From: Clostridia bacterium
Lineage (GTDB): Bacteria; Bacillota; Clostridia; CAKSNL01; HGM11501
Assembly (NCBI GenBank): GCA_045545475.1
Contig: JAZQAZ010000008.1
Coordinates: forward strand, 64,001-128,000
Direction of reading: 5' to 3'
Length of the DNA: 64,000 nt
Part shown: in pieces, positions 8,380-17,249 of the stretch
Numbering within the stretch: position 1 is the stretch's first letter
Layout of the letters: each line of letters starts with the position of its first letter
Translations under genes and position numbers: made by a program
The notes under the pieces: model-generated
The model's input: the letters and a program-made list of their open reading frames with translations, nothing else
Databases searched by the model: none
Told to the model about the DNA's origin: nothing

Positions 8380-9615
8380 ATGCAGTACGGTTGTATAGGT
8401 GAAAAGCTTGGTCACAGCTTTTCAAAGGAAATTCACGGTAAAATTGCCGATTATGAATACGAACTTAAGGAGCTTAAAAGGGAAGATGTTGCTTCCTTTA
8501 TAATGGGACGATGCTATAAAGCCCTTAATGTTACTATTCCTTATAAAGAGGTGGTAATCCCTCATCTTGACGAAATTGACCAGGCGGCAAGAAAAATCGG
8601 TGCGGTAAACACAATAGTAAATAAAGAAGGCAGACTATACGGATATAATACGGATTTTTACGGTATGATGGAACTACTTTCTTATATCGGTGTAGCTCTC
8701 GAAAATAAAAAGGTGCTGATACTCGGTACCGGCGGCACAAGCAGAACAGCTTATGCATTAGCTGAACACCTTAAGGCAAGAGAAATTATAAAGGTATCAC
8801 GAAGCGAAAAGGACGGAGCTGTAAGCTATGAGGCGGCATATCGCAATCACTATGATGCAGAAGTCATAATAAATACAACGCCCTCGGGAATGTACCCAAA
8901 TTCTGAGGAGGCTCCAATTTCACTTGATACATTTACAAAGCTTGAAGGCGTAATTGATGCAATTTATAACCCCTTAAGAAGTAATCTTATATCAGAAGCG
9001 TTAAGGCGAGGAATAAAGGCATCCGGCGGGCTCTATATGCTGGTTGCCCAGGCTGTTTTGGCATCAGAATATTTCCTTGATACCAAATATCCTGAATCGC
9101 TTTTGAACGAGGTCTATAAAGATATACTTTCTGAAAAAGAAAACATCGTTCTTGTGGGAATGCCGGGGGCAGGCAAAACCACAATCGGTAAAATACTTGC
9201 TGAAAATCTAGGTAAAACCTTTATGGATTCCGATGATGAAATAAAAAAGAGCGGGAAGACGCCCGATGAAATAATTAAAAGCCGTGGTGAAGCGGCATTC
9301 AGGGATATTGAGGCGGAAACTATAAAAAATCTTTCCGATAAAAACGGTCTTGTCATAGCAACAGGCGGCGGAGCGGTATTAAGAGAAGAAAATATAAAAA
9401 GACTTAAAAGAAACGGAAAAATCGTTTTCCTTGACAGAGATTTAGCTGATATTCTTCCAACTCCTGACAGACCCTTATCCCAAAACAGAGAGCTTCTTAA
9501 AAAGCGCTATGATGAACGTTTACCCATTTATACTTCTGTTTCGGATGTTGAAGTAAAAATCGGAAACGATGCAAATGAAAATGCAGAAAATATTATAAAA
9601 ATGCTTAGAGGTTAA
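8380..9615 (+). CDS. aroE: Shikimate dehydrogenase-shikimate kinase fusion (AroE-AroK)
   Basis: HSFS, NVTIPYK, GAVNT, NTDFYG, then GMPGAGKTT, ATGGG and RPL kinase motifs; ATG at 8380 after GGAGG. Confidence 0.9.
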   Translation: MQYGCIGEKLGHSFSKEIHGKIADYEYELKELKREDVASFIMGRCYKALNVTIPYKEVVIPHLDEIDQAARKIGAVNTIVNKEGRLYGYNTDFYGMMELLSYIGVALENKKVLILGTGGTSRTAYALAEHLKAREIIKVSRSEKDGAVSYEAAYRNHYDAEVIINTTPSGMYPNSEEAPISLDTFTKLEGVIDAIYNPLRSNLISEALRRGIKASGGLYMLVAQAVLASEYFLDTKYPESLLNEVYKDILSEKENIVLVGMPGAGKTTIGKILAENLGKTFMDSDDEIKKSGKTPDEIIKSRGEAAFRDIEAETIKNLSDKNGLVIATGGGAVLREENIKRLKRNGKIVFLDRDLADILPTPDRPLSQNRELLKKRYDERLPIYTSVSDVEVKIGNDANENAENIIKMLRG

Positions 9616-9619
9616 AGCT

Positions 9620-10069
9620 ATGAAAATACTTGTAATTAACGGCCCCAACTTAAATATGCTGGGAATAAGAGAACCTGATATTTACGGAAAATCCACCTAT
9701 AAGGATCTAACCGATATGATAGAAGATTACTGCAAGGAAAAGAATGTAGAGGTTAAGTGCTATCAGTCAAACCATGAGGGGGCACTGGTTGACGAAATCC
9801 AGTCAGCCTACGGCTCAAAGGACGGAATTGTAATAAACCCCGGTGCTTACACCCATACAAGTGTGGCGTTGCTTGATGCCCTAAAGGCAGTCGGCATTCC
9901 TGCAGTTGAAGTGCACATCTCAAAGGTTGACGAAAGAGAGGACTTCAGACAGATAAGCTATATAAGAAACTACTGCGAAAAAACCATAACCGGCCTTGGC
10001 TTTGACGGATATATAAAGGCAATTGAGTATTTAATTGAAAGGGACGGTAAAAATGATAGCGGAAATTAA
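9620..10069 (+). CDS. aroQ: Type II 3-dehydroquinate dehydratase
   Basis: NGPNLNMLGIREPDIYG, QSNHEG, INPGAYTHTS, EVHIS. Confidence 0.95.
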   Translation: MKILVINGPNLNMLGIREPDIYGKSTYKDLTDMIEDYCKEKNVEVKCYQSNHEGALVDEIQSAYGSKDGIVINPGAYTHTSVALLDALKAVGIPAVEVHISKVDEREDFRQISYIRNYCEKTITGLGFDGYIKAIEYLIERDGKNDSGN

Positions 10070-11252
10070 AAAAGGAGCTTTATCCGGAACGGTTAAAGCA
10101 CCGCCATCAAAAAGTATGGCACACCGCCTGATAATTTCTGCGGCACTGTCAGAGGGAGAAAGCAGGATAAGCAATGTCGCACTATCTGAGGATATAAAAG
10201 CCACAATCGGATGTATGGAAGTCCTGGGTAAAACGGCGATTTACAATGACGGAGTGCTTACCGTTAAGGATGCGGAAATTCCTTCGGGCGATAAAAAACT
10301 TTTCGTAAACGAAAGCGGAAGTACGCTTCGGTTTTTCACCCCCCTTTGTCTGACCGGCGATGAGGTCACATTATACGGAAGCGAAAGGCTTTTTGAAAGA
10401 CCGCTTGCCGTATATGAAGAAATTTTTGAGCGTCAGGGAATCTTCTTTGAAAAGGGAAAGGGTTACTTAAAGCTCAAGGGCAAGCTTGAGGGCGGAAGCT
10501 ATGAAATAAGAGGCGATATAAGCAGCCAGTTTATAACAGGGTTACTTTTTGCATTGCCGATACTTTCCGGCGACAGCGAAATTAAAATAACCGGTAAATT
10601 TGAAAGCAAAAGCTATATTTTAATGACGCTTTCGGCACTAAAAACTTTTGGTATAGACATTTATTTTGACGGCGACAGAGTCTTTAGGATAAAAGGCGGA
10701 CAAAGCTATAAAAGCTGTGATGCCGAAGTTGAAGGGGACTGGTCAAACGCGGCATTTTTCGAAGCCTTAAATTACCTTGAAAGTAATGTATTTGTCATGG
10801 GAGTTGACGAAAATTCACTTCAAGGCGATAAAATATGTAAAAAGTATTTTGAAGATATAAAAAACGGTAAAAAGGAATTGTCCTTAGCTGATTGCCCCGA
10901 CCTTGCACCCATACTTTTCACCGTAGCGGCATACCTTGGCGGAGCAGAATTTACCGATACCGCAAGACTTAAGATAAAAGAGTCTGACAGAGCGGAGGTT
11001 ATGAAGGAGGAGCTTTCAAAGTTCGGAGCGGAAATTTTAGTTTTTGAGAATTCCGTAACGGTTAAAAAGAGTGACCTTCATTCGCCAAGTGCTCCCTTAA
11101 ACAGCCATAATGACCACAGAATTGCAATGAGTCTGGCGGTTTTATCCACCGTTTACGGCGGCATAATCGAGGATGCGGGAGCGGTAAAAAAGAGTATGCC
11201 TGACTTTTATGAAAAGCTTGCAGCATTAGGAGCAAAGGTGGAATTGAAATGA
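10053..11252 (+). CDS. aroA: 3-phosphoshikimate 1-carboxyvinyltransferase (EPSP synthase)
   Basis: PPSKSMAHR, ESGSTLRF, SSQFITG, RLKIKESDR, HNDHRIAM. Confidence 0.94.
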   Translation: MIAEIKKGALSGTVKAPPSKSMAHRLIISAALSEGESRISNVALSEDIKATIGCMEVLGKTAIYNDGVLTVKDAEIPSGDKKLFVNESGSTLRFFTPLCLTGDEVTLYGSERLFERPLAVYEEIFERQGIFFEKGKGYLKLKGKLEGGSYEIRGDISSQFITGLLFALPILSGDSEIKITGKFESKSYILMTLSALKTFGIDIYFDGDRVFRIKGGQSYKSCDAEVEGDWSNAAFFEALNYLESNVFVMGVDENSLQGDKICKKYFEDIKNGKKELSLADCPDLAPILFTVAAYLGGAEFTDTARLKIKESDRAEVMKEELSKFGAEILVFENSVTVKKSDLHSPSAPLNSHNDHRIAMSLAVLSTVYGGIIEDAGAVKKSMPDFYEKLAALGAKVELK

Positions 11253-12106
11253 TAGTAGACGTAAGTAAAAAAATACTGATAGTGGGACTCGGTCTTCTTG
11301 GCGGAAGCTATGCAAGGGTACTAAAAAGATTCGGGTTTCATATTTCGGCAATAACGAAGGAGCAAAGCTCCATCGATTATGCCCTTAATGAAGGGATGAT
11401 TGATGAAGGAACAACTCACCTTGACGAAAGAATAATAGGCGAGGCTGACCTTGTGATATTTGCCCTTTATCCCCATGTATTTATTGAATGGATAGAAAAA
11501 AATCAGAAGCTTTTAAAAAGCGGAGCGACTATAACGGACGTAACCGGTGTAAAGAGAAGCATCGTTTATAAAATTCAGGATATGCTTCGTGACGATGTTG
11601 AGTTTATAGCTGCACATCCTATGGCGGGGCGTGAAGTGTCTGGCGTTGAAAACAGCACCGATAAAATGTTTGCTGGAGCAAACTATATCGTTACGCCTAC
11701 GGATAAGAACAGCCCTGAGGCAATTAACACCTGTCTTGAGCTCGGAAGGCTTTTAGGCTTTTCCAACGTAACAACTCTAAGCCCAGAAGAACACGATGAA
11801 ATGATAGGCTTCCTTTCCCAGCTTACACATTGTATCGCAATCACACTTATGACCTGCAACGATAAAGAGGATATGGAAAAATTCACGGGTGACTCCTTCA
11901 GGGATTTAACCAGAATTGCCCGCATCAATGACCTTATGTGGAGCGAGCTTTTTTTAGCAAACAAAGATGCTCTTCTTTCCCAGATGGATATGTTTATAAA
12001 TAAATTCAATGAGCTTAAAACAATGCTTGAAACTGAGGATATTGACGCTATGAGAGAAATGATGCGTCATTCCACAAGCCGCAGAGCATTATTTGACAAA
12101 AAATAA
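11249..12106 (+). CDS. tyrA: Prephenate dehydrogenase
   Basis: GLGLLGGS, DVTGVK, HPMAGRE, EHD, SFRDLTRIA. Confidence 0.92.
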   Translation: MIVDVSKKILIVGLGLLGGSYARVLKRFGFHISAITKEQSSIDYALNEGMIDEGTTHLDERIIGEADLVIFALYPHVFIEWIEKNQKLLKSGATITDVTGVKRSIVYKIQDMLRDDVEFIAAHPMAGREVSGVENSTDKMFAGANYIVTPTDKNSPEAINTCLELGRLLGFSNVTTLSPEEHDEMIGFLSQLTHCIAITLMTCNDKEDMEKFTGDSFRDLTRIARINDLMWSELFLANKDALLSQMDMFINKFNELKTMLETEDIDAMREMMRHSTSRRALFDKK

Positions 12107-12133
12107 AACACAATTTGAAAGGACGTATTTATT

Positions 12134-13165
12134 ATGAAAAACATGAACTTCTTAAGAAAATTACCCATTCCTATGGATATAAAGGCACAGTACCCCATAA
12201 CTCCCGAAATGGAGAAAATCAAAGCTGACAGAGACGAGGAAATTAAAAAGGTTTTCACAGGCGAATCCGATAAATTCATTCTTGTAATCGGTCCCTGCTC
12301 TGCGGATGATAAAACCGCAGTTATGGATTATATCGGAAGACTTAAAAGGGTGGAGGAGCAGGTTAAGGATAAAATCATAATCATCCCCAGAATTTACACA
12401 AACAAGCCCAGAACAACAGGAAGCGGCTATAAGGGAATGCTTCATCAGCCCAATCCCGAGGAAAAGCCCGATATGCTTAAGGGTATCGTTGCAATAAGAG
12501 ATATCCATATGACGGCGTTAAAGGACTATGGCTTCTCCTGTGCGGATGAAATGCTTTATCCTGCAAACTACCGTTACCTTTCTGACCTTCTTGCATATGT
12601 TGCAATCGGTGCACGTTCCGTTGAAAATCAGGAACACAGACTTGCCTCCAGCGGATTTGACGTTCCCGTTGGTATGAAAAACCCCACAGAGGGTGACTTC
12701 TCTATTATGATGAATGCAATAAATGCCGCACAGCACGGCCATACCTTCATCTACAGAGGATGGGAAGTTGAGACAGCAGGTAACCCCCTTGCACACGCAA
12801 TACTCAGAGGCTATATGGATAACTACGGAAGAAGTCTTCCCAACTATCACTATGAAGACCTTGAAAGACTTGACGAAGCATATAAGAAGGACGGTCTTTT
12901 AAATCCTGCGGTTATTGTTGATACAAACCACGCAAACTCCGGCAAGAAATATCTTGAGCAGATTCGTATTGCAAAGGACGTTTTATACAGCTGTTCAAAG
13001 AATTCCGACATCAAGAAGCTTGTTAAGGGCCTAATGATTGAAAGCTATATTGAAGACGGTGCACAGAAGATTGGAGAAAACGTTTACGGTAAGTCTATTA
13101 CAGACCCCTGCCTCGGTTGGGAAAAGACCGAAAAGCTCATCTTAGACCTTGCAGACGAGCTTTAA
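12134..13165 (+). CDS. 3-deoxy-7-phosphoheptulonate (DAHP) synthase, class I
   Basis: GPCSAD, KPRTTGSGYKG, IGARS, GMKNPT, DTNHANS, YGKSITDPCLGW. Confidence 0.93.
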   Translation: MKNMNFLRKLPIPMDIKAQYPITPEMEKIKADRDEEIKKVFTGESDKFILVIGPCSADDKTAVMDYIGRLKRVEEQVKDKIIIIPRIYTNKPRTTGSGYKGMLHQPNPEEKPDMLKGIVAIRDIHMTALKDYGFSCADEMLYPANYRYLSDLLAYVAIGARSVENQEHRLASSGFDVPVGMKNPTEGDFSIMMNAINAAQHGHTFIYRGWEVETAGNPLAHAILRGYMDNYGRSLPNYHYEDLERLDEAYKKDGLLNPAVIVDTNHANSGKKYLEQIRIAKDVLYSCSKNSDIKKLVKGLMIESYIEDGAQKIGENVYGKSITDPCLGWEKTEKLILDLADEL

Positions 13166-13172
13166 TATGCAT

Positions 13173-13201
13173 AAAACGACAGGCATTGTCTGTCGTTTTT
13201 T
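13173..13201 (+). terminator. Intrinsic terminator of the aro operon
   Basis: AAAACGACAGGC-ATT-GTCTGTCGTTTTTT. Confidence 0.8.
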
Positions 13202-13308
13202 AATTGGCCGAAAGTACTCAATAAAAATCAATATAAGTCTTGATTTTTTGTTGTATAAGTGTATAATAAACGTATAGTAATTTTTCATTATAAAATGGAG
13301 GAAGTGTA

Positions 13309-14007
13309 ATGGAAATAAAAGAAATTCTAAGAGAAACATATTTGAAATATGGAGACACTCTATTTTTAGATAATAAGAAATTAATAGGGAATATTCGAGA
13401 TTTGCTTTCTGATTATCCGTCTGAGGTTAAAAAGATTGCTTTGATTATAAATGAAAATATAGTATCAAAGATAATAAAAGAGGTGGATGCTAATACTATA
13501 GAAAGAAACATGATTTATGCTCAAATGCTTGTTGATAATTACTCAATGGATTACGAAGTAGCGCGAAGATTTATCGGTTACTTTATTTATGCTACAAAAG
13601 GTATAGATTGTGTGCAAAATACCGGAAAATATCCTAAAGCAAGCAATACTGATCAAGCGGCAAAAGATAAACTGAAAACGCCATGCAGCAATGCAATGGA
13701 CATAGCTATGCAGAAAGAAGATATAAGTTATGATTCCGGATATGCAGAACTTCCAATCGAGATTGTATTTTCTATTTTCGGAAGAGGTGTTGTTATTGCT
13801 GGCAAGATTTCAAAAGGGAAAATATCAATCGGAGATGAATTGACTATTGGTTACCGTAAATGTGTTGTATCGGCCATAGAAAAAAACGGAAAGCTTATAG
13901 AAAATGCGACGCATGAAGATGGTGAAATAGGTCTACTCATAAAAAATATTAAAAAAGCTGATGTGAAAATAGGTATGGTAGCTAAAAAAAAATATATGAA
14001 ATTTTAA
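13309..14007 (+). CDS. Hypothetical protein: shared uncharacterised N-terminal domain plus EF-Tu domain II-like beta-barrel
   Basis: N-terminal ~95 aa align with ORFs 38698 and 39785; C-terminal LPIEIVFSIFGRGVVIAGKISKGKISIGDE...IGLLIKNIKKADVKIGMV resembles EF-Tu domain II; GGAGG RBS; own TTGATT/TATAAT promoter. Confidence 0.7.
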   Translation: MEIKEILRETYLKYGDTLFLDNKKLIGNIRDLLSDYPSEVKKIALIINENIVSKIIKEVDANTIERNMIYAQMLVDNYSMDYEVARRFIGYFIYATKGIDCVQNTGKYPKASNTDQAAKDKLKTPCSNAMDIAMQKEDISYDSGYAELPIEIVFSIFGRGVVIAGKISKGKISIGDELTIGYRKCVVSAIEKNGKLIENATHEDGEIGLLIKNIKKADVKIGMVAKKKYMKF

Positions 14008-14068
14008 TTTTTGAATTTATAGAAGTTAAATGATATTAAAATGAAGATATATAATAAGGAGAGATATT

Positions 14069-14902
14069 ATGAATAACAGAATAAGTTTTTACACACCGCC
14101 GTACCCCCGTGCAAAAAGCTACATAGATATGATTGATTTAGCGGTAGAACACGGACTTTCCCTGGTTGAGGGCTTAAACACAATGGAATTTTCTACGCCC
14201 GATCTAGAAAAGGCAAAAAAAATAAAGGAATATGCCGACAGTAAAAATATAAAATTTCCTTGTTTTTCAATATTTGCAAATTTAGGAACGGAAGATAACT
14301 CTGAAATGATTAAAAAGCTTAAAGCCTATGCGGATGTTGCGAAGGCTTTGGGTTCACCTTATCTTCATCACACAATTATTCCTGAATTCAGTCATCCCGA
14401 CAGGGTACTTCCGTTTAAGGAAGAACTTTTCGAAAAAGGAATAAAAGCAGTTCGTGAAATTTACGATTACTGTGAAGAAATCGGCATAAAAGCCATATAC
14501 GAGCCTCAGGGCTTTATATTCAACGGCATTGAGAATCTTAAACGCTTTGCAAATGAAGTTGAAAGAGACATAATGTTCGTGGCTGACTTTACAAACATCT
14601 GCCAGTCGGGAGACTGTATTGAAGACTTTATCAAAGCATTCAAGGGCAAAATCGCTCACGCTCACATTAAGGATGCGGTTTTAAGCGATGAGGATTTCAG
14701 TAACTCAAGGGAAGTAAACTTAAAGGGCGGATATGTATGCGAGGTTGAAACCGGAAAGGGCGAATTTGATATAAAGGGAATAATAAAGCTTTTGGATTCC
14801 TTTGGCTACACGGGAGCTTACGCCCTTGAATACGGCGTAAAGGACGATAACTCCGACGGAGTTAGGAATGCACTTAAAGTAATTGACGAAGCACTTAGCT
14901 AA
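14069..14902 (+). CDS. Sugar phosphate isomerase/epimerase (xylose isomerase-like TIM barrel)
   Basis: YEP, DFTN, HAHIKD, GKGEFD and ALEY metal-ligand pattern. Confidence 0.8.
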   Translation: MNNRISFYTPPYPRAKSYIDMIDLAVEHGLSLVEGLNTMEFSTPDLEKAKKIKEYADSKNIKFPCFSIFANLGTEDNSEMIKKLKAYADVAKALGSPYLHHTIIPEFSHPDRVLPFKEELFEKGIKAVREIYDYCEEIGIKAIYEPQGFIFNGIENLKRFANEVERDIMFVADFTNICQSGDCIEDFIKAFKGKIAHAHIKDAVLSDEDFSNSREVNLKGGYVCEVETGKGEFDIKGIIKLLDSFGYTGAYALEYGVKDDNSDGVRNALKVIDEALS

Positions 14903-14903
14903 A

Positions 14904-15157
14904 AGGAGATGTAAAAAAAGTCCAGACCGCAAAAAGGCAAAGAAATTAATAAACCGTCGTTTACACAAACTCCAAAGTGTAAAATAGTGTTGAAAAATCG
15001 CATGTTATGCGATTTTTCTTTATTTTAAGCCTTTTTGCTATGAACAAACTTCGCCACTCGACGTATCTATATACGCCTTCGGGCAAATCTCGAAAAGTCT
15101 GAAACAGACTTTTCTCAACTCAGTTTGTCCATTCTGAAGCATTTTTTCCTATCTCCT
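14904..15157. repeat. Nested palindromic intergenic element (MITE-like or structured RNA)
   Basis: Imperfect terminal inverted repeats AGGAGATGTAAAAAAAGTCCAGA / TCTGAAGCATTTTTTCCTATCTCCT enclosing six nested stems. Confidence 0.5.
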
Positions 15158-15160
15158 AAA

Positions 15161-15189
15161 AAAGGAACTGTATATAATACAGTTCCTTT
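15161..15189. terminator. Bidirectional terminator
   Basis: AAAGGAACTGTAT-ATA-ATACAGTTCCTTT. Confidence 0.75.
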
Positions 15190-15985
15190 AATATGTCTTT
15201 TTATGCTGCATAGGCGAAAGCCCGCCTTGCTTTTTGAAAGCAACCGTGAAATAGTGCTGGCTTGAATAATTCAATATATCACTTATTTCCGCCATACTTT
15301 TACCTTCGTTTATAAGCTCGATTGCCTTTAGGTATCTTAAGCTGTTATAATATTTTTTAACGCTTATTCCCGAATATTTTTTGAAAGTCTTTTTAAGGTT
15401 TGAAAGGCTCATTCCGCAGTGCTTTGCAATTTCTTCGGAGGATAGGTTGTCGTAAACAGCTTCATTTAAAAACTTAACTATAAGCTTATAGTTTTCAGTT
15501 GTTGTGGTTTTTATATGCTTATTAAATGGCGTCTGTGTTTCAAGAAGCGTAAGTAACAATTCTTCTGTTTTAATTGCGGCAAGCTGCTTTTTTAACGGCA
15601 TATCGAATTTTGTGCCGTCTTCATAGGCATTAAGTGCAGCTTTAATAAGATCATGTTCTTTAATCCCAACCTTGAAAACGCCGTTTGTAAGGACGTTATA
15701 AATATTTTCATCGCCTGTCATGGAAAATGACATTATTATAATAAGGGGATCGGTACCCTTGGCAGAGCGTATACTGTGAAATTCCATAGGGGAATAGAAA
15801 ATCATTTCGCCCGAATTCAATTCGTAAATTCTGTCCTCTTCAAACACATCCATAGTGCCTTCGATGACATATAAAAATTCCCAAAAATCATGTCTTTCAC
15901 CCGTAAAAATAAAGGAACTGTCATATCTGTGCTCAAAGCCTGAGTAGAAGGAATTGATATTTACTGTTTTTGTAACGCTGAACAT
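15188..15985 (-). CDS. AraC family transcriptional regulator
   Basis: Cupin motif GERHDFWE; C-terminal double HTH (YSSQHYFTVAFKKQGGLSP); ATG at 15985 after GGAGG. Confidence 0.88.
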   Translation of the reverse strand: MFSVTKTVNINSFYSGFEHRYDSSFIFTGERHDFWEFLYVIEGTMDVFEEDRIYELNSGEMIFYSPMEFHSIRSAKGTDPLIIIMSFSMTGDENIYNVLTNGVFKVGIKEHDLIKAALNAYEDGTKFDMPLKKQLAAIKTEELLLTLLETQTPFNKHIKTTTTENYKLIVKFLNEAVYDNLSSEEIAKHCGMSLSNLKKTFKKYSGISVKKYYNSLRYLKAIELINEGKSMAEISDILNYSSQHYFTVAFKKQGGLSPMQHKKTY

Positions 15986-16108
15986 AACGCCTCCGTAAGT
16001 ATCTAAAATAATAAAAAATATATCTTTTATTGCATTGTTTTTTACTTTTTGATATAGTATTATTAATTTATCATATAATTTAAATAAAGTCAAGAAAGGA
16101 TTTTGATT

Positions 16109-17119
16109 ATGCTTAAATACGGTTTAATCGGTATGGGCGGGCTTGGAAAGCTCCACCTTTCAAATCTTGACAAGATAGGAAAAGAACGAGGTGACATTTG
16201 CCTTAAGGCAATCTGCGGTGCAACGAAAGAGGATTTGAAAAAAAGCGTAGGTCTTAATATCGGAACGGTTGATGTATCAAAAGTAAATGTTGACGACTGC
16301 AATTTCTACCAGGATTATAAGGAGCTTTTTGAAAACGAAGAGCTTGATTTTGTGGTGGCGGCAATTCCCACATACCTTCACAAGGAAATTGCTGTTTATG
16401 CTCTTGAACACGGTGTAAGCATCCTTTCTGAAAAGCCCATGGCGTTAACGCTCGATGGCTGTGACAGAATGATTGAAGCGGCAGAAAAAAGCGGAAAGCA
16501 TTTAATGATTGGCCATTGCATGCGTTTTTATTCGACCTATGCAAAGCTTAAGGAGCTTGTTGAATCGGGAATTTACGGAAAGGTTTACAGGGCAGAATTT
16601 ACAAGATATTCTCAGATGCCGAAGTGGACCTGGAACAACTGGATACTGGATCCCGAAATGAGCGGCGGATGCCCCCTTGATTTGCACGTTCACGATGTTG
16701 ATATGATGAACTATCTTTTCGGGTCGCCCAAGTCGCTGTTTTCTACGGCAACAAATAAAAAAGTGGAGCTTGAAAGCATATTTACTCAGTATTATTACGA
16801 GGACGGAATGGTGGTAATAAGCGGAGCTGATTGGTCACTTCCCGACACATACAGATTTAATGCACAGTGTATGGTGAATTTTGAAAAGGCTGCCGCAGTT
16901 ATTAAAGATGATAAGCTCACCATATATACGGACGATGAGGTAATTACACCCGAGCTTTTAGAAGAAAGCGAATTCGTTTTGGAGCTTAATGCATTTATTG
17001 ATATGGTAAAAACAGGTGAGAAGAGTAAGGTTACTTCTCCTGAATCCATCAGAGAAACGGTAAGAATCATAAAAGCCGAGGTTGAGTCGGCAAAAACAAG
17101 AAAAATAATAGAACTTTAA
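16109..17119 (+). CDS. Gfo/Idh/MocA family oxidoreductase
   Basis: GLIGMGGLG, PTYLH, SEKPMA, DLHVHDVD. Confidence 0.9.
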   Translation: MLKYGLIGMGGLGKLHLSNLDKIGKERGDICLKAICGATKEDLKKSVGLNIGTVDVSKVNVDDCNFYQDYKELFENEELDFVVAAIPTYLHKEIAVYALEHGVSILSEKPMALTLDGCDRMIEAAEKSGKHLMIGHCMRFYSTYAKLKELVESGIYGKVYRAEFTRYSQMPKWTWNNWILDPEMSGGCPLDLHVHDVDMMNYLFGSPKSLFSTATNKKVELESIFTQYYYEDGMVVISGADWSLPDTYRFNAQCMVNFEKAAAVIKDDKLTIYTDDEVITPELLEESEFVLELNAFIDMVKTGEKSKVTSPESIRETVRIIKAEVESAKTRKIIEL

Positions 17120-17154
17120 AATAAGAGCCGAAAGCAAATTTCGGCTCTTATTTT
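17119..17154 (+). terminator. Intrinsic terminator
   Basis: AAAATAAGAGCCGAAA-GCAAA-TTTCGGCTCTTATTTT. Confidence 0.8.
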
Positions 17155-17160
17155 ATAAAA

Positions 17161-17224
17161 GTCAATATTGTTCAAGAAAATGTCAATATTCTATATTGCA
17201 CGGAAGCCGAAATTTTGTTATACT
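17161..17224 (+). promoter_or_regulatory. SigA promoter with tandem upstream GTCAATATT repeats
   Basis: GTCAATATT at 17161 and 17182 (21-bp period); TTGCAC (17196)-17 nt-TATACT (17219). Confidence 0.55.
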
Positions 17225-17249
17225 TAATTATAGACAAGGGGGAATAAGT

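Noticed and set aside
13309-14007. Elongation factor Tu (tuf) gene or pseudogene
   Set aside because: No G-domain motifs; only a domain II-like segment joined to an unrelated N-terminal domain
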